Positions 49,700 through 59,868 of a DNA stretch of 64,000 bases are shown in pieces. The stretch lies in NCBI GenBank assembly GCA_040755995.1, contig JBFMAF010000016.1, positions 1-64,000 of the forward strand, read 5' to 3'. Source of the DNA: Acidobacteriota bacterium (GTDB lineage: Bacteria; Acidobacteriota; CAIWXX01). A model generated the notes under the pieces. The model saw only the letters and a list, made by a program, of their open reading frames with translations, did not search any database and was not told the DNA's origin. Both the position numbers and the translations under genes were made by a program. The first letter of the stretch is position 1, and each line of letters starts with the position of its first letter.

Positions 49700-49810
49700 C
49701 CGTCACCGAGGCTCGCCGACGAGGACGAAGGGGGCCCACGAGCACTGTCGGCCGCGGCGACTCGTCGATCTCCGTCACCGAGGCTCGCCGACGAGGACGA
49801 AGGGGGCCCA
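49700..49810. repeat. perfect 39-bp direct repeat duplicating the CHAT gene 3' end
   Basis: CCGTCACCGAGGCTCGCCGACGAGGACGAAGGGGGCCCA at 49700-49738 and 49772-49810, separated by 33 bp. Confidence 0.9.
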
Positions 49811-52600
49811 GTAGAGGGGTGACTCGTGGATCGGATGGCCGGATGGAGTGCGCAGGGCTCCGGCTCGCAGCGCCGCCAGTGTGGCGAGCTGGGCGGAGCG
49901 CAGGGCGCGAGTGCGGTCGCCGCCGCTAGCAAGCTCCCTGTAAAAACGCTCCATCTGGAATTGCGCGACGACGTCGGCCACACGCCAGAGGCTGACCAGG
50001 GCACTGCGCGCACCCGCGACCAGCAAGGCTCGCTGGAAGCCGAGCACGCCGTCTCCTGAGAGCCGCCCGACACCGCTTTCGCAGGCCGACAGCGTCACCA
50101 GATCGGCAACCAGCCGGCTCGACTGTATCTCGGTCATCGTCCACCGGCCGTCGCGTGCGGCCGGGTCGCTGGTCGCATTCGGCCCCTCAGAAGGCGCCAG
50201 GACTACGCAACTTTCCTGCGGCCTGTCGTCGCGCATCAGAGCATGCGTCGCAAGATGCAGGACTGGCGCCCCGGCCGCGAGCCGGCGCACCTCGGGCTCG
50301 ACCGCCTGCCGGCCAGTGAGCATGACCGCCGCGCCGCCGCCCAGCGCCTTGGCGACTGCACGCGCTTCCTGCTCCGCCCCGGGCAGCGGATCGAGCGGTC
50401 GAGCTCGCCCCGGCACAGCCGGCATCTCCGGGTTGCCGACGACCAGAACCGGTCCCGACGCCTCGGCCCTCCCCCGCTCCCGGCCGGTCCACGCCAGAAT
50501 GCTGAGAGCTGGCACGTAGCTCAACGCGTGTCGCTCCACAAGATACTTCCCACTCGCGTCCAGCAAACTCGCGAAGGAGACCAGAAACAGCCGGTCGTGC
50601 GGAACTATCGTGACGACGCGCTCGGGGTCGCTCGGGAGCCATCGCGCGACGGGCTCGACGAGCAGCCGGTCCAGATCACGCAGCGTCGCGCGGAGCGCGG
50701 CGTCAGGATCCGCCGGAATCGGCTTCCCGGGCTCCGGCTGCACCTCGCGTCGCAGATCGCCGACCAGCTGTTCGAGCCGCGCCGGCGCGAGCGGGGAAGT
50801 GGCGACATGGAGCGCGCCATCCGGACCGATCACCCACGCGAACAGGCGGCCATCGCCCACGAAGTACTCTACCGCGGTCGCTCCGCGCTGGCGGACTTCA
50901 CCGATGAGCAACGCTGCGGGCGGAACCTCGACGTGGCGCGGGCTCGGCGTGGCATCTGCAGCCTCGGCGCCGATGGCGGCCGCGATGGCAGGATCGCTCG
51001 CCTCTGCGGTGCTGGCGAACAGGTCGAGCGACGCGCGGGCCCGCGCGCGCTCCGCCACCTCCAGCGCCTCGATCACGAGCCCGGAATCGACCAGCAATCC
51101 GACGGCCCGCGAGTAGACAGCCTGCCTGCCGGCGATCTCTGCGCGTTTCGACCGGTCGGTGGGGACTCCTTCGGCGCGGAGCTTCTCGATCGCCGCGAGC
51201 GCCGCCCTGAGATGGTCGAGCGCCTCGCGCCGCATGTCAAAGGTGATCTCGACCTCGGCCAGATCGTAGTAGGCGTTCCAGATCATCTCGAGGTTCTCGG
51301 TGGCGCGCGCGGCATCGACCGCGCGGTGGCCGTCGAGCAGCGCCGACTCGCGCTCCCCGCCGCTCGCTTCGAGTCGTGCGAGCCCGCCCAGCGCCATGCT
51401 GCGGTACGGCAGATCGATCCGCTCGGCGACCTCGATCGCTGCGTGGAAGAGCTCGCGCGCCCGCTGTGGCTCGCCGACGTTGACGCTTGCCCGCGCCGCT
51501 TCGAGCAGAAACCAGGCAGAGGCCCGCCAGTCCTCCAGCCGCCGCCAGATCGCGAGCGCCTCGCGGTAGCGAAGGAGCGCCTCGGCCGGGCGATCCAGCT
51601 CGGCGGCCAGCTGGCCGAGCCGGGCGAGTATCCAGGCCTCGCCGCGCGGATCGCGCTGCTCGCGCCGCGCCGCCAACACCTTCTGGAGCTCGCTCCGCGC
51701 TTCCTCATGCCGGTCCAAGCTGCGTAACGCCTGGGCGCGAAGATACCGCCCCCAGGCCAGAGAGGCCGGATCGCCGCCGGGCTCCGCGGCGGCCGCAACC
51801 GCACGCTCGGCCGCGGCGAGAGCGTCGTCGCCGCTGCCCTGTATCAGGAACACGACGGTCACGTTGCAGAGCACGCGCGTCTTGCCGCTGGCGCTCCCCA
51901 GTTCCTCGTAGGTACCCAGGGCCGCGTGGTAGTGATCGAGCGCCATGGCCAGGAATCTGCGGTCGAGGTTCGCGAACGCGATATCCTCGTGGGCGAGCGC
52001 CGTGCCGCGCCGGTCGCCGGCTAGCTCAGACAGCGCGGCAGCGCGGCCCGCGCGGGCGATCGCCGCATCGTAGTCGCCGCGCTTGACTGCGATGCGGCCG
52101 AGCAGCCGGAGGGCTGCAGCCTGTTGGACTCGATCGCCGGCCTGTTCCGCCAGCACCAGGGCGCGTTCGCCGCGTTCGCTGGCGGTCGCGTAGTCCGGGC
52201 GCTTCCACGCCGCGTGCCCTCGCTCGATCAAGACGATCGACTCGCCGACCGGATCGCCCAGTTCCGCGCTCCGCCGGGTTGCCTCGGCGTAGCGCGCCTC
52301 GGCCGCTTCACGCTCGCCTTGCTCGTCGAGGGCGGCGGCGAGCCGGGCCAGTGCGGCGACTTCGAGCCGCCCGTCGCCCGCCGCGCGCGCCCGCTCGAGA
52401 GCCTCCTCGGCGACCGTACGCGCAAGCCCGGCTCCAGAGGCGATCAGGAGATCCTCAGCCTGGTCCAGCAGCTCTGCAGTGCTCGGCGCGGGCGCGTCCG
52501 GATCGGCTTTCAGCGGAGCGCCGGGGCCCGGCAGGAGGGTTGCCGGCACCAGTGCAGCGAGAATGACAGCGACGATGATTCGCGCGCCGGTGCGGCTCAC
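49775..52600 (-). CDS. TPR + CHAT (caspase-like) protease with N-terminal signal-like segment
   Basis: TPR array; ERARARASLD; LPGAEQEA; catalytic VLHLATH and LVTLSACESG; VSLWRV; YWAPFVLVG. Confidence 0.92.
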   Translation of the reverse strand: MSRTGARIIVAVILAALVPATLLPGPGAPLKADPDAPAPSTAELLDQAEDLLIASGAGLARTVAEEALERARAAGDGRLEVAALARLAAALDEQGEREAAEARYAEATRRSAELGDPVGESIVLIERGHAAWKRPDYATASERGERALVLAEQAGDRVQQAAALRLLGRIAVKRGDYDAAIARAGRAAALSELAGDRRGTALAHEDIAFANLDRRFLAMALDHYHAALGTYEELGSASGKTRVLCNVTVVFLIQGSGDDALAAAERAVAAAAEPGGDPASLAWGRYLRAQALRSLDRHEEARSELQKVLAARREQRDPRGEAWILARLGQLAAELDRPAEALLRYREALAIWRRLEDWRASAWFLLEAARASVNVGEPQRARELFHAAIEVAERIDLPYRSMALGGLARLEASGGERESALLDGHRAVDAARATENLEMIWNAYYDLAEVEITFDMRREALDHLRAALAAIEKLRAEGVPTDRSKRAEIAGRQAVYSRAVGLLVDSGLVIEALEVAERARARASLDLFASTAEASDPAIAAAIGAEAADATPSPRHVEVPPAALLIGEVRQRGATAVEYFVGDGRLFAWVIGPDGALHVATSPLAPARLEQLVGDLRREVQPEPGKPIPADPDAALRATLRDLDRLLVEPVARWLPSDPERVVTIVPHDRLFLVSFASLLDASGKYLVERHALSYVPALSILAWTGRERGRAEASGPVLVVGNPEMPAVPGRARPLDPLPGAEQEARAVAKALGGGAAVMLTGRQAVEPEVRRLAAGAPVLHLATHALMRDDRPQESCVVLAPSEGPNATSDPAARDGRWTMTEIQSSRLVADLVTLSACESGVGRLSGDGVLGFQRALLVAGARSALVSLWRVADVVAQFQMERFYRELASGGDRTRALRSAQLATLAALRAGALRTPSGHPIHESPLYWAPFVLVGEPR

Positions 52601-53031
52601 CGGACGCCCCCGGAGAGCGTCACCTCATGTCGCGTAGTGGAGAGCTGCCACGGCATTGACCTCTCCTCGTCCCGCAGCTCCCTCACACCATCATAGACCA
52701 TGAAATACGCGTTTTGTACCAGGCGATCGACTCGGCGTCTTGTCCATCCACTTGGATCCAACCCTGAGACTATTTCTAGGCAAGGCAGCGGCATAAGTCA
52801 AGGAGTTCGCTTGATTGAGCCAAGAGCGGAGTGATGATCGTCACAGGGGTCATGGTACTTCAGCGTGGCGGCTGAGTCTTACTCATCAGGATGCGCTAGT
52901 TGGAGCGTGTCAGGAGGATTCGGTAGTGGCGGCTCGGGATGGCGTGGGGCGAACGGTCGCGAGTGCGCTCGCGTCCTTGCTCTTCTCGCCCCGAGCGCCG
53001 AAGGTCGTCGATACTCCGGCGGAGGGTTATC

Positions 53032-55317
53032 ATGGGCACAAAGATGCGTGCGCTCTACCTGGTCTTCGGACTGGCTGCGACCATTGCCCCGGGCATGGCT
53101 GCGCCGCCCGTCCTGCACTTTTCCGACCTCACGAGTGGCCCGAGAACCGGCAATTCGGATAGCTCCGGAGGCCGCACTCCTGGTCGTGACGGCGCGATCG
53201 TCACGATCTGGGGAACCAATCTCGGGAGCAGCAGGGGAAGCAGCAAGGTCTACTGCAACGGTGTCGAGGCCGCGTCGTACTATTCGTGGGGTGACGCGAC
53301 GTCGCCCGCCAACCTCTCGACCTACCACAAGATGCAGACGATATCGTTCCAGGTGAGCCAGAGCGCTCAGAACGGCTTGGGGCAGATCTGCGTGGTCGTC
53401 GACGGGCTGCAATCCAACGGTCTGCCGTTCACCGTGAGAAGCGGCGGGATCTTTTTCGCCAAGACCAGCGGCAACGACGGGACGGGCAGCGGCAGCTGGG
53501 GCAGCCCCTGGCGCACAATAGTGAAGGCCAAAGACAGCCTCTCGCCAGGCGACATCGCCTACATCTGCGACGGTGTCAACCAGACGACGGAAACGGATGT
53601 CAGCGCCTGTGTGAACCTGGATACCGACGGGACGGCTGGCACCCCCAAGGCTCTCGTCGTGTATCCCGGGGCGAGATCGTATGTGGGGAACACGTCGATC
53701 GAGCGCGCCTTCCATGTATGGAACGGGCAGAAAGCGGGCTACTCGGTGCACTGGGTGGTAGCCAAGTTCGACATCACGACCGGGGCAGTCGGCGTCAACG
53801 CGCAAACCGGCTTCCGCGTCGTGGGCAATCACATCAGGGCGCCCAACGGCGACGGCATGGATGGCGCGATCTACTGCGTCGGCAGCGACGTCTTCGCGCT
53901 CGGCAACGAGCTCGAGAGCGTAGGAAGCGCGCAGTGCAACAAGCTGTATCATACGATATACGTGACGGGGGTAAGACAGGACGGCGGCCCGCGGGCGCCG
54001 ACGGAGCGCAACCGCGAAGTTGGCTGGAACTACATCCACGACAACCTGGCGAACCGGGCTATCAACATCTACAGCGAGCAGGACTACTCGGCATACATCC
54101 AGCAGCACCGCATCCATGACAACGTCATAGTGAACCAGCGTGGCGACGGGATTCTGCTGGGCTACTACGTCACCGCCGAGAACTGGATCTACAACAACCT
54201 GATCGTGCGCGCGGGGCTTGGGCCCGAATTCAGCGATCCCTCGTACCATACCGGGATTCGCATCAACACCGGGCACGAGAGCGTCGCTTCGACTGTAGTG
54301 CATTGCTACAACAACACGCTCTACGGTTGTGGCTGGGCCGGGGCGGCTTACGACGGTGAGACCGGCGGCATACTCGTCAGCCCGGAGGCGCTCGCGATGA
54401 GCGGTGTCAGCTTCCGCAACAACATCGTCTACTCGACCGGAGAGCCCTACATGGCAGGGGAATCGGGCGCGATTCCGCCTGGAGATGGGCGCAACTGCTG
54501 GTTCGGGAACGGGGCCGCTCCGGGCTGGGACGCGGGAGCGGTGAACGCGGATCCGCTCTTCGTGAATGCAGGCGCGAACGATTTCCGGCTCACATCGGGC
54601 AGCCCTTGCAGGGACACCGGTGTCGACCTGTCCGCGGTAGTCGCCAGAGACATCCTGGGCACTTCCAGGTCTCAGGGCCCGGCGCTCGACATCGGGCCGT
54701 TCGAGTTCATCGATGAGGCGCCGGTGTGCCGCGTGAGCTGTTCGGCCAGCGTGCCCTCGGTCGGCCTCATCGGGGCTGCGGTCGCTTTCCAGGCCACCGC
54801 ATGGTTGATCGATTGCCCAGGCGGCGAAGTTGCCTACATGTGGGAATTCGGGGACGGCGACACAGCAGCCGCGCAGAATGCGTCGCACACATACGGCTCG
54901 GCGGGCACTTACTATTGGACGCTGACGACCACGGCCCCCGGAGCGCGTACATGCTCGCAATCCGGCTCGATCACGATCTACTCGACCGCGATGCCGGATC
55001 TCACGGGCGCCTGGACGAGCGTCAAGAAGAGGCGCGCCAAAGTGAATGCAACGTTCTCTTGCCGGAACACGGGGATCGGTGGCGCGGCGGGTTTCATCGT
55101 GAGAGTCTACTTCTCCAACAAGGCCAAGGTCAGCCGCAAGTCGACGCTCGTCAAGACGCAATCTGTCCCGTCACTTGCCGCAGGCGGCAGCGTGGCAGTC
55201 AAGGTCACTGGCACCCCGTCGAGCAAACACAAGCACATCATAGCAGTCGTGGACTCGACCGGTGCCGTCGCCGAGGCGAACGAGTCCAACAACACAGTCG
55301 CCGCCCCGCTCCCTTGA
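53032..55317 (+). CDS. secreted IPT/Ig + right-handed beta-helix protein with PKD and basic CARDB-like tail
   Basis: GGAGG RBS; signal peptide; GAIVTIWGTNLG; GNDGTGSGSWGSPWRT; beta-helix repeats; DIGPFEF; tail homologous to 46849-48786. Confidence 0.85.
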   Translation: MGTKMRALYLVFGLAATIAPGMAAPPVLHFSDLTSGPRTGNSDSSGGRTPGRDGAIVTIWGTNLGSSRGSSKVYCNGVEAASYYSWGDATSPANLSTYHKMQTISFQVSQSAQNGLGQICVVVDGLQSNGLPFTVRSGGIFFAKTSGNDGTGSGSWGSPWRTIVKAKDSLSPGDIAYICDGVNQTTETDVSACVNLDTDGTAGTPKALVVYPGARSYVGNTSIERAFHVWNGQKAGYSVHWVVAKFDITTGAVGVNAQTGFRVVGNHIRAPNGDGMDGAIYCVGSDVFALGNELESVGSAQCNKLYHTIYVTGVRQDGGPRAPTERNREVGWNYIHDNLANRAINIYSEQDYSAYIQQHRIHDNVIVNQRGDGILLGYYVTAENWIYNNLIVRAGLGPEFSDPSYHTGIRINTGHESVASTVVHCYNNTLYGCGWAGAAYDGETGGILVSPEALAMSGVSFRNNIVYSTGEPYMAGESGAIPPGDGRNCWFGNGAAPGWDAGAVNADPLFVNAGANDFRLTSGSPCRDTGVDLSAVVARDILGTSRSQGPALDIGPFEFIDEAPVCRVSCSASVPSVGLIGAAVAFQATAWLIDCPGGEVAYMWEFGDGDTAAAQNASHTYGSAGTYYWTLTTTAPGARTCSQSGSITIYSTAMPDLTGAWTSVKKRRAKVNATFSCRNTGIGGAAGFIVRVYFSNKAKVSRKSTLVKTQSVPSLAAGGSVAVKVTGTPSSKHKHIIAVVDSTGAVAEANESNNTVAAPLP

Positions 55318-55756
55318 GTGAGCGGGAGGCACCGCCAAGGCGGGTGAAGCCAGTAAGGCGTGGCGGCCTCCAATGGCGCGGGAGAGAAGATGGGGGTGAG
55401 GCGAGGGCGATTGCTCCGCGCGTTTCATGTGCACCCTGCGCTGCCCTGGAATGCAGCAGAACCGCACGTGCGGACTTCCACTGACAGCTTGGGGCTCGGA
55501 TGCTCTGTGCCCGAACGAGTGTCCGAGTTGTGGTCTCTATCTTCCCCGGAGCACCCGTCCGGGGGCGAGACACTGGAGGCCGCTTTTCTGACCGGATCGC
55601 GGAGATACTTGCACAGTTCAGGCTAGCTTCCAGGCTGAACGCTGCTGTCGCCCGTCTCCCAACCGGCGGAGTCGCCGCCGCTGACCGCGCCGCGCACGGC
55701 GGCAGCCGCGGGACTGCCCGCACCGACGCGATAGTCGACAAGTCGCAGCCGTGAAC

Positions 55757-56560
55757 CTACGTTCGAGCACGAAACCGCGCGATGAATCCGAGGACCAGGC
55801 TATTAAATATGCCGGGCTGCTCGATCGGGAGCGCGTGGCCGGCCTTCGGTACGACCACCAGCTCGGCGTTCTGTATCTCCCGTGCAATGATCTCGCTGTA
55901 CTTGCGTGGCTTGAGGACGTCGTCCTCGCCCACCATCACGAGCGTGGGCACGGTGATTCGGTGGAGCTCAGAGGTGAGGTTGAGGCGGGAGAAGGCGAGG
56001 AGCAGCTCGCGGACGGCGTCCATGTCGAGCGACGCGAAGCGTGCCTCGGAGGCCTCGATGGCGGCCCGGTTCTCAGAGATGAATCGGTCTGAGAAGTTCA
56101 AGAAGTAGCTGGCCAAGTAGAGCGCCCTCGGGCTGTTCGCCTCCGCTGCTGCGGTCCAGGAGGCAATCATTCCCTGCAGCACGGCGTCCGATTGGCTCAC
56201 AGCGGAAGCCACAATCAGCGTGCGAACCCGCTCGGGATGGTCAATGGCGAAGGTCATGCTGACCTCGGCTCCATATGAGATACCGCCGATGTGAGCTCGT
56301 TCAATGCCAAGCCCGTCCATCAACGCGGCGAGATCGTGGGCGTGGAGAGCCATGCTGTAAGGGCCCGCCGGGTGATCCGACAGTCCCATGCCGCGGCAAT
56401 CGTACAGAAGTAAACGCACGTGCTGAGAGAGCACATCCTTCTGGTGCACCCAGCTGGCTGTTGTCATGAACACTCCGTTCGACAGCACCAGGACGGCAGC
56501 ATCCTCCGGCCCGTGGATCTCATAATACATGTCGATTCCACCTGCATGAATCATGGGCAT
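55757..56560 (-). CDS. alpha/beta hydrolase (PcaD-like)
   Basis: YDCRGMG; GISYG nucleophile elbow; GEDD; GHAL. Confidence 0.88.
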   Translation of the reverse strand: MPMIHAGGIDMYYEIHGPEDAAVLVLSNGVFMTTASWVHQKDVLSQHVRLLLYDCRGMGLSDHPAGPYSMALHAHDLAALMDGLGIERAHIGGISYGAEVSMTFAIDHPERVRTLIVASAVSQSDAVLQGMIASWTAAAEANSPRALYLASYFLNFSDRFISENRAAIEASEARFASLDMDAVRELLLAFSRLNLTSELHRITVPTLVMVGEDDVLKPRKYSEIIAREIQNAELVVVPKAGHALPIEQPGIFNSLVLGFIARFRART

Positions 56561-56657
56561 GGCACGTCTCCATTGCATTTCTCGGTTGGCGGTACCATGG
56601 ACCGCACAGCCCGCTCGCGACGGGAGATGCTGTTCTCCGTCCCGGTCGCAAAGAACG

Positions 56658-56704
56658 TTGACCGCGAAGTGAATGCGTCGTAGAATAAAAACCTAACGTT
56701 TGGT
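56658..56704 (+). promoter_or_regulatory. sigma70 promoter and probable TetR operator
   Basis: TTGACC (56658)-17 nt-TAGAAT (56681); near-palindrome ACCTAACGTTTGGT at 56691-56704 over the predicted start site. Confidence 0.7.
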
Positions 56705-56712
56705 ATGTAATC

Positions 56713-57378
56713 ATGCAGCAAAATGAGAGATCGGAACGGAGTAGGGGAGCGGTGCTTGAGGCGGCGCTTGATCTGTTCTCCCGCCAGGGTTACCGCGGTA
56801 CGAGTGTGCGTGAGATCGCAGCGGCTGCTGGGGTCTCCACCGGCAACGTCTACCACCATTTTCCGGATAAGGAGACCATGTTCGTCGCTCTGCTGGAACA
56901 GTACTGGGAGGCGATCGACGGCCCCGACCTGCCACTCAATAAGGCGCTGGCATCCGGCCAGTTTCCGGATGACCTGGCCGCACTGGGCGAAGCCGCGCGA
57001 GAGACTGTGGAAAAATACAAGCCGTACGTGGCGCTGATTTATGTGGACGTGGTGGAGTTCGGCGGCGTCCATATCCGGAGATTCTATTCTGAGATGGCCA
57101 GGCGGTTCGAGGACTCCATGGGTGCCCGAGTGGACAGGGCTCGCGTGGAGAGACGCATCAGGCCCGGCATTTCGCCCGGCTTCGCCGCGATGTTGGTGAG
57201 TCGCGTCTATCTGAACTACTTCGCCGTCGAGATCCTCTTCGGAGTGCCAAACCACTTCGGCAAGAGCACGCCCGATGTGATCCGCGCGATCGCCGACATC
57301 TTAGAGAGGGGCATCCGCGTTCCGGAAGACCCGTCGGCAGGCAGTCCAGCCACTGACTCCAAACCCCAGGCGTCATAG
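56713..57378 (+). CDS. TetR/AcrR family regulator
   Basis: AALDLFSRQGYRGTSVREIAAAAGVSTGNVYHHFPDKE HTH. Confidence 0.95.
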   Translation: MQQNERSERSRGAVLEAALDLFSRQGYRGTSVREIAAAAGVSTGNVYHHFPDKETMFVALLEQYWEAIDGPDLPLNKALASGQFPDDLAALGEAARETVEKYKPYVALIYVDVVEFGGVHIRRFYSEMARRFEDSMGARVDRARVERRIRPGISPGFAAMLVSRVYLNYFAVEILFGVPNHFGKSTPDVIRAIADILERGIRVPEDPSAGSPATDSKPQAS

Positions 57379-57440
57379 GCCGGGCCGAACGGTTGAGCCG
57401 GCGGGCGGTGGAGGCCGCCTCCACGGCGTTCGACACCGCA

Positions 57441-58301
57441 TCAGAACCGAAGCGACTTTGCGCGCATGAATGCCAACAATGTCGAGAAGAATACATCAGG
57501 GCGTTCAAGGTACACCACGTGGCCGGACTCTTCGACCAGCTCGAAGCGCGTGTTGGGCAGGATGCCGGTGATTCTCCGCTGAACCCACGGCGGGATCGCG
57601 CGGTCCTGGGCTCCGGCCATGATGAGAGTCGGGGTGCGAATGGCCCGGTATGCCGGCAGGTTCTGGTCGACTGAGGCGAAGAAGGGGTCCTGCGCCTCGG
57701 TCAGCCGGATCAGGCAATGCAGCCTGTTCTTGTAGCGATCTTCGAACCGCTTGCGCATAGGTTCCAGGTTCTCGCGGCCGATCCTGCGCACGAAAGCATC
57801 GCCGAAGATCTTCTCGTACATGTAGTGCGTGTAGATGTCGAAGACATCGGGGCCGCGCCGGTAGTACAAGAGCGACAGCGCCTCGTACATCTCGAATAGC
57901 TCGTCGGGCATCAGAAGGATTCCGGACAGCACCAGGGTGTGGAGGCGCTCCTGGAAGAGGCGCGCGAACTCGATCGCCACGAAACCCCCGTAGGAAATCC
58001 CCATGAGATGGACCTTCTCGATCCCAAGATGGTCCAGGATCGCCGTGAGGTAGCCCGCCATGTCCGGGAGCGAGTAGGGTATGTCGGGATCGGAGGACTC
58101 GCCCTGGCCGAGGTAGTCATACAGGATGACATCGAATTCGGGAAACACATGCGGCAAGAACGGATACCATGCCCTTGTGTGCATGGCCAGGCCGTTCAGC
58201 AGGCAGACCGCATCGCGCTTCTTCTCGCCGAAGTACTCCCAGTGCACCCGGTATTCGCCGGCCTGGATGAAGCCGTCCTGTGTCGGCTGCAGTTCACTCA
58301 C
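57441..58301 (-). CDS. alpha/beta hydrolase
   Basis: YDYLGQG; GISYG; GAQD; GHVV; GAGGAGG RBS. Confidence 0.88.
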   Translation of the reverse strand: MSELQPTQDGFIQAGEYRVHWEYFGEKKRDAVCLLNGLAMHTRAWYPFLPHVFPEFDVILYDYLGQGESSDPDIPYSLPDMAGYLTAILDHLGIEKVHLMGISYGGFVAIEFARLFQERLHTLVLSGILLMPDELFEMYEALSLLYYRRGPDVFDIYTHYMYEKIFGDAFVRRIGRENLEPMRKRFEDRYKNRLHCLIRLTEAQDPFFASVDQNLPAYRAIRTPTLIMAGAQDRAIPPWVQRRITGILPNTRFELVEESGHVVYLERPDVFFSTLLAFMRAKSLRF

Positions 58302-58329
58302 GTCTACCTCCTCACCTCAACAATGGTCC

Positions 58330-59868
58330 TCAGCCTCGCCCAGTCTGCAGGTGCCTCTCGCGGAGCTCCCCCTTCAGCACCTTGCCGTAAGGCGTGCGAG
58401 GAAGCGAATCGAGGAACACGAATTCGACCGGGATCTTGAAGCGCGCGAGCCTCTCGCCCAGGAACGTCCTGAGGCTGTCCGCGCTCGGCCGATCCTCCGT
58501 GCTCGCAACCACGAACGCCACCCCCACCTCCCCCCACCTCTCATCGGGCACGCCGACAACCGCTGCATCCATCACGGCCGGATGGAGCAGTAGCTCGTTC
58601 TCGACCTCGGCCGGGTACACGTTCACACCGCCGGAGATGATCATGTCCTTCTTCCTCCCGGCGATCCAGAAGAACCCGTCGGCATCGCGTTTGGCCAGAT
58701 CGCCGGTGTGGAACCATCCGTCCGGATCGATCGCTTCAGCCGTGGCCGCCGGGTTGTTCCAATACCCGCTGCAGACATGCGGCCCGCGCAACAACAGCTC
58801 GCCGACTTCGCCCACGGGCACCTCATCTCCGTCCGCCCCGGCCAGGCGCGCCTCCGTGAACATCAGCGGCTTCCCAATGGAACCGATTTTGCGAGTGGAC
58901 TCCTCGGTGGTCATCGAGAAGCAGTTCACTCCTACCTCGGTGAGACCATACCCCTGCTTGAAGACGACGCCCCTCCGCTGGTACGCATCCATGATGTAGA
59001 GAGGCAGAGGCGCCCCGCCTGATATGAACCATCGCACATGACTCAGATCCACCGTCTCGAACTCCGGCGACTCCATCAGCAGCTTCCAGATCGTCGGGAC
59101 TCCCAGCACAACCGTGCACCTCTCGGCCTGGATCTCCCGCCAGATCTCTGAGGAATCGAAGCCGCGGTGGAGGACGATAGTGCCGCCGATCGCAAAGATC
59201 GGCACCAGAAATGCGCCGAGCCCGCCTGCGTGATACAGCGGAGTGAAGATCGGACTGACGTCGTCCGCGCGAAGCTGCCAGCACATCGCCGTGTTGAAGC
59301 CGTTCCAGGTCACCATGCGATGAGGTATCATCACGCCCTTGGGGCTGCCCGTCGTGCCGCTGGTGTAAAGAAGGCAATAGATGTCCTCGACACCGCATCG
59401 CGGAAGCGTGGCTGATGAGCCCCGCCCCTGCTCGACCAAATGGGCGTGCCGCACGTCCGATTCGTCAGCGGGCTCGTCCAGCGCTATCCAGCAGCGAATC
59501 GCCGTGGCCTGTTTGAGCTCGCGTACGGCGTCGCGGAATGCCCCGTCGTAAGCGAGCGCGGTCATCCCGCTGTCTCGCGCTATCGGCTCCAGCTCACGAG
59601 CCGTCAGCCGCGTTCCCAAAGGCACCAGCACCACGCCGGACTTCCCCGCCGCGAAGAACGCATCGAGGAACTCGACCCGGTTGTGCGCGAGTATCCCGAT
59701 CCGATCCCCCTTCTTCAAGCCAACCACATCGAGCCATGCACGCGCACAAGAGGCCGCACGCTGGTCGAGCTGGGCGTATGTGAAGCGTTCGCCTGTCGGC
59801 ACGTAGACGAGGGCGGTCTTCAGAGGCGTGAGGCGCGCCCGCTCGCCGAGAAGGTCACCGCGCAGCAC
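58330..59868 (-). CDS. acyl-CoA synthetase / AMP-binding ligase
   Basis: YTSGTTGSPKG; GYGLTE; GWFHTGD; KDMIISGG.NVYPAEVE; LPRTPYGK; GTG start at 59868. Confidence 0.93.
   Translation of the reverse strand: MLRGDLLGERARLTPLKTALVYVPTGERFTYAQLDQRAASCARAWLDVVGLKKGDRIGILAHNRVEFLDAFFAAGKSGVVLVPLGTRLTARELEPIARDSGMTALAYDGAFRDAVRELKQATAIRCWIALDEPADESDVRHAHLVEQGRGSSATLPRCGVEDIYCLLYTSGTTGSPKGVMIPHRMVTWNGFNTAMCWQLRADDVSPIFTPLYHAGGLGAFLVPIFAIGGTIVLHRGFDSSEIWREIQAERCTVVLGVPTIWKLLMESPEFETVDLSHVRWFISGGAPLPLYIMDAYQRRGVVFKQGYGLTEVGVNCFSMTTEESTRKIGSIGKPLMFTEARLAGADGDEVPVGEVGELLLRGPHVCSGYWNNPAATAEAIDPDGWFHTGDLAKRDADGFFWIAGRKKDMIISGGVNVYPAEVENELLLHPAVMDAAVVGVPDERWGEVGVAFVVASTEDRPSADSLRTFLGERLARFKIPVEFVFLDSLPRTPYGKVLKGELRERHLQTGRG

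Noticed and set aside
49700..49810. CRISPR-like geometry (39-bp repeat, 33-bp spacer)
   Set aside because: Only two copies, one is the coding 3' end of the CHAT gene, and there is no leader or cas gene in the window.
50243..51727. 494-aa plus-strand ORF
   Set aside because: Arg-rich shadow opposite the CHAT gene with no recognisable domain.
52879..55161. 760-aa minus-strand ORF
   Set aside because: Antisense shadow of the well-supported 53032-55317 gene with no motifs; long shadow ORFs are expected in GC-rich DNA.
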